DNA of 64,000 bases from Salmo salar (Eukaryota). Of the stretch, positions 54,131-64,000 are shown in pieces (positions within the stretch are counted from its first letter, which is position 1; every line of letters begins with the position of its first letter). Where the stretch lies: positions 3,111,803 through 3,175,802 of the forward strand of contig NC_059464.1 of assembly GCF_905237065.1 (NCBI RefSeq), written 5' to 3'. The translations under genes and the position numbers were made by a program. The notes under the pieces are model-generated. The model did no database searches. It was not told the origin of the DNA and saw only the letters and a list, made by a program, of their open reading frames with translations.

Positions 54131-55595
54131 GAATCCTTTTTAGATTGGATTTTAAGTCAGCAAAATGTGAAAGAAGTTCAAGGGGGTGTAGACTTTCTAT
54201 TGGCACCGTACACAATTCTCTACAAACTAATGTGTTATCATAGCTAAAAGGAATTAGTCTATGTCAACTAAGAAAGATATATATTATAAATATAATACAG
54301 TATATGTTTTTCATTTATAGAATCCCAGTCAAGTTTAAAAATGAAATCATTATTTTCTAAATTGAGGTACAGACATGACATGCATTTCAGACAGGATTGG
54401 CAGTATTTCACAACCAGCAGTAGTCCTACTTTGACCCTTCAGAAACAGAATTGCAGAGGCCTGGGTACATACTCATAAAGCGTCTCAGAGAAACAGTGCT
54501 GATCTCTGATCAGTTTAGCTTTTTAGATCATAATGAATACGATTCCATGGACATGGGGGGCCTGATCCTAGATCAGCACTCATACTCTATGAATGTGGGC
54601 CAAGGACTGTAAGAAGGATATCCAACAGCAGTCTTGAGAGAATTGATCAATGCATACCATTTAAAGTGACATCATTGTTCAAAGTATAGTGATTCTTGAA
54701 TGAAATAAATAGACTCAACCAGGAATCTTCTTTATGCACAAACAATGGGGAGGATTTTATTGGTCAATCTGTTGCATGTAAAGGAAAACTTCACTCAAAG
54801 TTCTTGGTGCTTATTTTGAAAAGCAGTGCAGTGGTGCTAGAACGTTAGAATCATGATGTCATGTTGGTAGTCAGAGCAGAAGACGAGAGCAGAGTATGTC
54901 AGCAAACAGAACAGGTCTGCGTCCGAAACGGCACCCCAGTGTTCCCTATATACTGTAGTGTACTACTTTAACCATACCCTGGTCAAAAGTAGTGCACTAT
55001 GTAGGGAACAGGGTGCCATTTCAGATACAGAGCCCACGGTTAGTCAGGCAGCAGTCAACAGACAGAACACAAGCCCATATGTACAGGAAATATATAATTT
55101 ATATATGTATTCGTATGTACATTCAAACCATTTCAATAAATAACAGAGACACATTAAAATAAATGTATAAAACAAACAAACAATATGGAAGATGCAGTCG
55201 ATTTGTTTGTAATACTTTCCATGACAGGACATACCGAACTGTAGGAACTGGTAAAATGGATAATGTTTTCTTTTGGGAGGTAACACTACCTAGTGAGCAA
55301 AATTGGTCAAAAGACATATTTTTTTGCTCATTGGGTTTAACATGAAGGCATAATTTATAATGGACTAGAGGGGGTCAGTTGCAAAAGTAAACACTAGAAG
55401 AAGATATCACATTTTTGGCTTAAATCATCACCAACTTGTCTTAACTCCAACACCTATCTCACTCACTCAAAGAGTATCTTCTCGAACTAAACTTTGTAAT
55501 CGAGTGCAAATTTATATTTTGTGGCAGTTTCAGTGACCTCTTTGTCAGATGAGGAACAGAAAAAAATTGCTCTGGTGTTGAATACGCATAAAAAT

Positions 55596-55795
55596 AATCA
55601 TAGGGCTCTATTCAATCTGTAAAGCTGAAGCGTTACAGATTCCGCTATAGAAATGTATAGGCAATTTCCGATTGAGTCGAAATATGCAGCGTTTACCGTC
55701 AATGCAGTCTCTGATAAAGCGGGAACATTGCCTTTAAATTTCAATAACGCTGAAAAGCTGAACTTCCGTGATGCAGATTGAATAGACCCCCTTAA
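55596..55795. mobile_element. ~200-bp MITE with terminal inverted repeats
   Basis: gggctctattcaatctg ... cagattgaatagacccc. Confidence 0.5.
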
Positions 55796-57102
55796 TCTTA
55801 CATCTACCAAGATGTATATATTACCTCAATTACCTCGACTAAAGGGTGCCCCCGCACATTGATACTGTACAGGTACCCCCTGTATATAGCCTCGCTATTG
55901 TTATTTTACTGCTGCTCTTTAATGATGTTACTTTTATTTCTTATTTTTCTTTAGGTATTATTCTTAAAACTGCATTGTTATTTAAGGGCTTGTAAGTAAG
56001 CATTTCACTGTAAGATCTACACCTGTTGTATTGGGCGCATGTGACAAATACAATTTGGATTTGAACTGACATTTGTGAACATAATTCATTTTTTGGGAAT
56101 GACATTTGATTTGTACGATCAACTCTACAGTTGATATCCCTTGTCGGACGCTTAGGTCTACTTTTTGGCATGGAAAATAATGTTGATCATACAATTTCCC
56201 AATCAATGTACCTTTAATCAGTGCCTTTAAATCAGTTATAAAGCAAGAATGAAAAAATAAATATCTATCATAACAAAACATTTCAAAATGTTAAAATCGA
56301 GCAGCTGATTTGGTTCTGGGTGCGGCGATTAACAAGTCCTCAATAAGCCATTTTAAATAGTACCATAACTGACCATTGTAAATAGTAACTCTAAGTTAAG
56401 TGTTACAGTGTTCCCAGGTTAATATCGGCCAATTGTCAAAAAGCCATTCTCTCATTCCCATCATGCAGCTATTCAGCAGAAAACAGCCTGATGCAGTAAG
56501 TATAGTCCAGCATATTATACAGTAGTCCCTCTGTGTTCACTTTTCTTCTATGAACCGGGAGAGATCTGAGACCAGGCTAGTAGAGTCACAACCCAAGGCT
56601 CCAAGTTACAACCCAAGGCAGTGGTCAAGTGTTCAAGGTCCGCTCACCTTGGGATTGAGTTTCAAGGACCACATTTCAACCCTCTTGACTTAGGCTTCGT
56701 CCCAAATGGCATTTATGACGCAACCTTAGATACAGTAGATAGCTACATTAGTGCCATTGCACACTGTGTCAACATGAGTAAACGACACCAAAACATAATT
56801 AAAATCACAAGTAAAACAAACACACAAAAAACTACAACTAAATAGTGGTTGAAAAATGTGAAAATTACTTCCCCACCACAACCACCCAATCCAACCTCAT
56901 CAGTCCCTTCTCTCAGTGCATTGTCAATATGTTTCTTCTTCGGCCCTATCGCACAAATCCCTCAATGAATAAAGAGTACCACAGTTGCCAGTGCAATCTA
57001 TGTCAAATTCCCCCCATACGGTTGAACACACTGCAACAACTTACTCTGTCTAAAACCTTCATAATCCTGCATTAGGTCATCTAGGAATCCCTTACATCAG
57101 CA

Positions 57103-57190
57103 GACTGTAGAGCGCCTGTAGAGCGCCTGTAGAGCGCCTGTAGAGCGCCTGTAGAGCGCCTGTAGAGCGCCTGTAGAGCGCCTGTAGATT
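57103..57190. repeat. 11-bp minisatellite (gcctgtagagc)x8
   Basis: direct reading. Confidence 0.9.
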
Positions 57191-58528
57191 CTAAAATGTG
57201 GTTACCCTGTTTAGCCTGCAGGAGACCTAATTCCACAACAGCCTTCCCTAACATTACAGAACCACGGTGACGATGGCAGTGTTCCTGATCATTATACCAT
57301 GTTGATGGGGTTTCTGAGACATTAAACAGCTCTCCAGGCATCGTAAAGATCTGGTAAGCTGCACAGACCTACCCAGTCGTGTACTGAAGACTGCCTGCCA
57401 GCATTACTCAACTTGGGTGGGTGACTGGGACAGCACAGCTGCATCATTGTCCCATTTGAGTCTACTACCCCCCCCCCTCTCTCCCTCTATTAATCTCTCC
57501 AACATTCCATCTCTCTTTCTCTCCTCTTTTGATTGAAGTGGGGAGTGAGTACAAGAGGAATAAAAATGTCTACCAATACTAAGAAGTCACAATACATAAA
57601 AAAATATCAACATTAATAAATAAATAAATGCTTTGAATGAGAAAAACCTAAAATGACATTTACTCATCTACTATTATAAACTTGTCACATTTTGCGGTAA
57701 ACCCCCTTCCTGTCCTCCCACATTAGTTTTCTAACAGGAGAAAAGTGAGAGAGGGAGAGAATTTCAGAGTGGAGAGAAGGCAGAACGAAGCAATACCAGA
57801 GGCGCCGGTGCGTGTTCCTCTGTCCTTTCCCAAGACAAGACTCACTCAATCGATCCAGAGTGGATCATTATGAATTACAAATAACACAGTACAAGGATCT
57901 CAAGTTGAAATACTGGTATTGTCTTCATCCCCCTTTTTGCAGTCACCAAAATCAACTGGTCACCAAATAATCATTTACTACATATTTCTATACGTTATAT
58001 ATTCATTTTGTATCCTTCCCTAATCTAGAACAGCAGTTGCATTTCTCTTTCAAGAGAAGAATACTTTTTATCTGTCCTTTTAACTCTGCATCCCTCTATC
58101 ACTATTGATCTTCAATGTGTTCTCTCACCCTATCATCCTTTTGCTTTCAATTCATTCATTTTCCCCCCATTCAGTTTGAAATCAGTGTGTACAGACACGT
58201 AATATTTAAATACTTGCCATTTCACAAGTCTTTCTCCTGTCTATGCTTCTATCTCTCTCCCTTATCCATTTCTTTCTTTCTTTACCCTCTCCTCTTTCAG
58301 TCTCTCTCTCTCTTCTTCCAGAGGTCCATGTAACTCTGAAGGGGCACTAGAGGGAGGGAGAGAGGATGAGAAACAATTTCTCTCTCCCTCTCTTCTCTCT
58401 CCTAGGTTATAGTGTCATTGCAATACAGTACAATAGATTCCCTTGACAGACCTGTCTTCCCAGCCTGGTCTGGCTGTCCCCGTCCCCACAGTGATCCTTC
58501 TTCCTCTCCATCTCTCCCTCCCTCTTTC

Positions 58529-58805
58529 TCAGTGTGTGTCGGTCTCTCTGTCTGTCTGGTGGGGGACGGGACTGTAGCCGTTGGCCGGGGGAGGTAAAGG
58601 GGCTCCCTGGCCGGGGCAGCAGCCCCCATCAGGCTTGTTGAGGGTGGCCGGGGGCCGGGAGCGCGAGGCCCCGGTGAAGAGGCGGAAGGCGCCCCTGCAG
58701 ATGAGGGTGAACCAGTAGACCTGTGGGGCCATGAGGCAGAAGGCCCCCACGTTGCACTGCCAGGGAGCCACAAGGGGCACTGTGTAGAGGGGGATGGAGG
58801 CATAC
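58529..58805 (-). CDS. tlcd3b: tlcd3b (fam57b) terminal coding exon including the stop
   Basis: acceptor gttgcag; YASIPLYTVPLVAPWQCNVGAFCLMAPQVYWFTLICRGAFRLF... vs human FAM57B HAGLPLLAVPLAIPAHVNLGAALLLAPQLYWFFLICRGACRLF. Confidence 0.8.
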
Positions 58806-59059
58806 CTGCAACACGAGGAGGTGAGGTGTAGGGGGGAAATTAGGGTTAATGTTTGCTTAATGTTGCTAGCTAACAAGCTTACCCAGATTTTTTAAACTTA
58901 CTTAGCGCAAACTTGTTCATTTGAACAAGTTCTAAAATAAGACACCTTGTCACAAGCTAGCTACTGTCAAGGATTTTGGTTTATGGCTAATGACTTTAAA
59001 CTGAACAATCTGATTTAATACAATAATCAAGGAAGAATGCTTCCCTTATGGAAAAAAAC

Positions 59060-59420
59060 AAGAATTTCACATTGTGATCACATCCTTTTATGTTAAATTG
59101 ATGTGATAACATGTGAAGCAACATGTGATAACATGAAACTACACGTGACAACATGTGAAAACGTGTTTTTGGATTAATTCACATGTGAAATCATTTGCAA
59201 ATATGTTTTTGGAACACTTCACATGAGATCATGATTTCACATGTGCTGACATGTTGTCATGTGCATAGTTTCATATTTGTATCCCCATGTTTCACATTTA
59301 TTTCACAAGATCATGTTTTCACGTGTGCTCACATGTTGTAAAATATGTTTCATGTTATCACGTTCCTTTACATGTTGTCACATTAACTTTACATAAGATC
59401 ATGTGAAATTCAAGTTGTTT
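59060..59420. repeat. large imperfect foldback built from catgtg / cacgtg / tttcacatgtgaaa motifs, in the tlcd3b last intron
   Basis: gtgataacatgaaac and gtgacaacatgt blocks recur in inverted orientation around a centre near 59245; a related short copy lies at 63470-63530. Confidence 0.55.
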
Positions 59421-59974
59421 TTCCGTAAAGGACCATGTTAAGGTGTTTATAAGGCATTTGTTTTACCAGTTGTCAGGACATCACGTGATGGTCCCAGATT
59501 GTCCCAAACCATCAAACTATTATAAGTAAAGTAATGAAATGGAATGGTGGTTTTTAGGGCTGACCCCATTTAGTCGACTGATCGATTGTTTGGTCGATAG
59601 GCTGTTGGTCTACCGAGATCTCTTTAGTCAAGCAGTAGCAAAAAAAAAAAGATTTATATATCATGGTGTACAAGACACCTGTCTGATTCGCGCCTGTCTG
59701 AGTGGACTAATCCATTGTGGAGGCCTACGAGTCCATCACTCTGACATGTGCTACTGAAATTGTATATGGTTATATTACATAAGAACAATGGTGCAACTCT
59801 AATAAAAATGAGATTATTTTATAACAAATGTGCTTCCTCCCGCATTGGATAGTGGTCGCTGCCCGCGGTTCTGAAACACAGTGCGCTGTTGAATTGGCCT
59901 CTTTTCCTAGACCACGTTGATATGTGCATAATAGCCAAGTTTACCAGCATATTGGTGTTGAGAACAATTTTTTA

Positions 59975-60185
59975 TTTATTTATTTTATTTCACCTATATT
60001 TAACTAGGCAAGTCAGTTAAGAACTAATTCTTATTTTCAATGATGTCCAAGGAACAGTGGGTTAACTGTCTTGTTCAGGGGCAGAACGACAGATTTTTAC
60101 CTTGTCAGCTCAGGGATTCGATCTTGCAACCTTTCGGTTACTAGTCCAACACTCTAATCACTAGGCTACATGCCACCCCGTTGAG
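59975..60185 (-). mobile_element. HpaI-type SINE
   Basis: tatttaactaggcaagtcagttaagaac...ttcaggggcagaacgacagatttttaccttgtcagctcagggattcgatcttgcaacctttcggttactagtccaac. Confidence 0.8.
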
Positions 60186-60572
60186 AACAATGCGGTGGAA
60201 GCAGTAGCAGAAAACAGACCTTGCCTTAATTGTCTAAGAAAAGTGAGGAAACCCCAACTTAATTAAGTCTATAATCAATAGCCTAACTGTTAAATGTGCC
60301 TTACCAAGTCATCAATATACATCTACAGAAATAAGACAGATCCTACTTCTGTTGCCTGTTTGAGTGTTTAATAGCCTACTGATTCCGTGAGCACGAAACC
60401 TCACGCGATAAATTCACAAATTCGGCTGTTTTGTCATTACTATTGGTATGCTTAGTATAGCAGCCTTGAATAACCCCCATTGAGCTGTATGCCAAAGAGC
60501 GCATCCTGTTTAGTCTTCATACCGTAACTTACTTAGGCCTATATTTCAAAACTTATCTAGGCTACTGTATCA

Positions 60573-60612
60573 TTCATTCATTCATTCATTCATTCATGCA
60601 TTCATTCATGTC
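60573..60612. repeat. (CATT)n microsatellite
   Basis: direct reading. Confidence 0.9.
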
Positions 60613-62169
60613 ATCACAGAGCATGAGTCATTCATGATTTGAAATGCATTTTAGATTTAAAATAAAATAAAGCAAGCCTTGAATAATTAGCTTAAACAAT
60701 AAATAAACCATTCCATTTCAGAAATTGCATTCATGAATGAATGTGACTGTTTTTAGTATTTGCTGTAAAGGATTAACAAAAATCTCTCTGGTACGCTTAT
60801 AATGTATTTAGTCTTCTTTACATTGTTCCAAAGAGTCAAAAAAAGAATATTGTAATCTAACAGCACCTGTTTGGCACGCATAATATGCACGCAGCGCTTG
60901 CTCCTTACCTTATTGTTCTTGATCTCCAGTATTTCTCCACATCTAGTCACATTTATTCCACACATCTGACTTCCCCTTTACCTTATGAGCAACCAATAGC
61001 CTAAACATTCTCCCCTTTCGAGCTTATTTGTCAGGTCCTCTGCATCCATTTTGCGGTTACATGTTTGGAGTTTGTTATAACCAATTTATTGATGTGATTA
61101 TGGTATGCTATAGGTCAGGCTCTGTTGGTCACATGCATACATGTGTCAGGTAAGAGAGCAAGGTTTGAGGTAATAGGGAATGTTTTTCCTAAACAAATTA
61201 TGGAATTCGGTAAATGAACCTTTCAGTCAGAAATGGCTGTAATTATGTTGCAGCTTCAGCAACACGGACAGCATGATATACACTGTGGTGGTCTCTGCAG
61301 CAGGGAGGAGAGAGACAACGGGTGCTAGTCACAGTCACTCGCTGTCTATTTTATTTTTTAAACACAGCACAGCAAGTCTAAGCCCGGCAAAATCAAATCA
61401 ATTGCTGGTCGGACTCCCTCTAAATAATTAATAACAAAATGACTCAAACAGTGTGCTTAAAGCATCAGACAAGCTCAGTGAAAATAGTTGACTTGATTAA
61501 AACACAGAATGCATCTATATATGGAAGAACACAAGATTTAAAATTTAGACCAATCGATTGGTCGAAAGAACAGACAACTCTTGGTCGACCAAGATTTTTT
61601 TTAGTCGGGGACAGCCCTAGTGGTTTTAAAGTAAGTGGTACACTGTTCTGCTAAAATATGACCCCACCTAGGATTTAAACTCACAACCTCTGGATTTGAG
61701 GTACACTGATTTATCTGCTGCGCCAGTCTGCACTTCCCTACCCATTAATTACCTATAATAAAGTACATCTGTCACGGATCCCTCCGGAACTTTCATTGCG
61801 CACACCTGGCCCCTATTCCCACTGATTGTATTTGTATATATGTGCCCTTTGGTTCAATTGGGCAGTCAATTATTGTTACAATGTCCGTTGGTGAGTGTGA
61901 GTCCCTGTGCTGTGTGTTTTGGGCTTTCGTGCCCTTGTGGATTGCGCAGATGATTACGGGTCTCGTCCCATGTGTTAATCATTGTGCACTTTATTCTAAG
62001 TACTCCTCACTCTTTTGTTTTGGGTTTCTACCCTGTGTTTTGTTACGTGTTTGTTTGGTCTTCGTCCCTGTGCCTTTACATGGCACCCCGTAATTTGGGC
62101 TTAATATAAACCCTTATTACGCAATCCTGTGCCTGTCTCCCGAATCTCTTTATACCAACGTGACAGAAT

Positions 62170-62400
62170 AATCTACCATTAAGGGAGACAGTGGGAATGG
62201 CCCGTCCGACGACGCTGCGACTGGTCCGTCTGGCGCCACCAGAAATTCGGCAGCTGCAACTGCCCCGTCCGACGCCCCACAACCAGTCCGTCCGACGCTA
62301 CTGGTCCGTCTGCCGCAACTTCGGCAGCGGCAACAGGCCCATCCGACGACGACAACTTCGGCAGCTGCATCGGGTCCTGATCGACCTGCACTGCGTTCCT
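62170..62400. repeat. CpG-rich tandem repeat (ccgtccgacg.. units), flanked by ~70-bp direct repeats at 62090-62165 and 62405-62475
   Basis: direct reading; a matching block sits inside the Tc1 derivative at 62995-63050. Confidence 0.6.
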
Positions 62401-62869
62401 GTTGCGCTGTAATTTGTGATTAATAAAAAAAACTATTACGCATTCCTGCGTCTGTCTCCCGATCCTTCATGCCAACATCTCTGCACTTAGCTAGAGTGCC
62501 ATCTGCACTGCTATTTTAGTTATCATTTAATCTGGCTATTCTCTCATCATTGATTTAATTTACTTATATCAGTAATTGGAGGTTTTTCTGTATAGTTGTC
62601 TAATGTTGGTGGGAAATATTATTTAGTTTTAATGTCATTCCTGAATAACAATGATAAATATAATAGTTTTTCTTAAGTGTATTTTTAACAAAGCTGAGAT
62701 TCACTTTAATGTCCAAAGTGTAGAAATACAGGTGAAATCAGTTATTGACACCGACATAATGACGTAGCAGAAAGATCGGAATGTCGTGAACCAAGAGGTT
62801 GTGAGTTCAAATCCCAGGTTAGGACACGTTGAATAATAATTACTGTATCAATAAACATACACAACGTAG

Positions 62870-63415
62870 TCCTGTACACCGGGTGTACAAAACAGTAGGG
62901 ACACCTGCTCTTATGTCACTTGTTAAATCCACTTCACTTACTGTAGATGAAGAGGAGGAGACCGGTTAAAGAAGGATTTTTAAGCCTTGAGACAATTGAG
63001 ACATAGAACTGGCCCGTCCGACGCCGCCACAACCAGTCCGTCCGACGCCACTGTGTGTGTGTGTGCCATTCAGAGGGTGAATGGGCACGAAAAAAGATTT
63101 AAGTGCCTTTGAACGGGGTATGATATTAGGTACCAAGCACACCGGTTTGAGTGTGTCAAGAACTGCAATGCTGCTGGATTTGTCACGCATAAAAATTTTC
63201 CGTGTATCAAGAATGGTCCACCATCCAAAGGACATCCAGCCAACTTGACAACTGTGGGAAGCATTGGAGTCAACATGGACCAGCATCCCTGTGGAACGCT
63301 TTTGACACCATGCAGAGTCCATGCCCCAACAAATTTAGTCTGTTCTGAGGACAAAAGGGGGGGACAACTTAATATTAGGAAGGTGTTCCTAATGTTTTGT
63401 ACACTCAGTGTTTTC
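62870..63415 (+). mobile_element. internally deleted Tc1-like element (third ITR type: gtgtacaaaacattaggaacacctt)
   Basis: left ITR at 62875-62905 and right ITR at 63380-63415; the C-terminal transposase remnant is read by ORFs 62966..63322 and 63070..63417 in antisense. Confidence 0.65.
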
Positions 63416-63904
63416 AACTTACAAACTTGACATACTCCATGTTAAAAGCACTGTGTGAAACATAACGACTCATGTTCCAAAAACACGTGTTTTTACATAA
63501 TTTCACGTGTGATTTTCCACATGTGAAATCAGGGTTGATAGAACTAGATAACAAAAAAAATGGTGACATGGTGCTGAGTAGCTAGATAGCTTCATACAAG
63601 CAAGATATTTTTCAATCAAACAATGAGATAATATCATTCATAAATAAGCAATATTCTATCTGCTAGCTTAGTAGCTAGGCCAGAAGCCTGCAAACTTAAA
63701 CTTGTAACCTACCATCGTAGATCTTAAGAACGTGATATAAAAAAAAAATGCATGGATGAAGTTGGGGACAGACAGACAAGCACACAGACAGAAAGACACA
63801 GCTAGACAGAGAGAGACAAACAGGCAGAAAGAGAGACAGACAGACAGAGAGGCAAGCTGGCAGGCAGGCAGACAGACAGAGACAGACAGCAGAAAGAGAG
63901 ACAG

Positions 63905-63910
63905 ACAGAC

Positions 63911-63952
<42 letters not shown>
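63905..63952. repeat. (GACA)n microsatellite
   Basis: direct reading. Confidence 0.9.
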
Positions 63953-63954
<2 letters not shown>

Positions 63955-63970
63955 GTGTTCAGTATGTTAC

Positions 63971-64000
63971 CTGCTGTAGGCGTAGTAGAGGTAGGGGAAG
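63971..64000 (-). CDS. tlcd3b: tlcd3b penultimate coding exon (3' end only; it runs off the window)
   Basis: ...FPYLYYAYS(R)|gtaaca vs human FPYLYWAYGR; the phase joins the 58805 exon (AG+G=R). Confidence 0.65.

Overview
This window is vertebrate nuclear DNA, almost certainly salmonid. It is full of Sleeping-Beauty-type Tc1 elements, SmaI/HpaI-like tRNA-derived SINEs and (GT)n/(CA)n microsatellites. It is not prokaryotic, and I found no novel multi-gene system. It contains three host genes, all on the minus strand, whose human orthologues lie together at 16p11.2. (1) prrt2: three coding exons at about 4919-8368. (2) mvp (major vault protein): a complete 16-coding-exon model from 43207 to 17252. 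Its introns have been greatly expanded by nested Tc1, LINE, LTR, L1-ORF1 and SINE insertions. (3) The 3' end of tlcd3b/fam57b: last exon 58529-58805, with the penultimate exon running off the window end at 63971. The rest is repeat-rich intergenic and intronic sequence. At least eight Tc1-like copies from four or more families are present, along with one rearranged Gypsy-like LTR element, a LINE, MITEs, foldbacks and minisatellites. The points most worth checking are a probable GC-AG intron in prrt2, an (GAG/GAA)n poly-Glu tract inside an mvp exon, an inverted pair of the same Tc1 family bracketing mvp exons 3-13, and a CpG-rich promoter-like segment between prrt2 and mvp. Coordinates are anchored to the supplied ORF track where possible. 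My reading of the printed sequence disagreed with that track by 1 nt in at least one place, so splice boundaries are +/- 1-3 nt.
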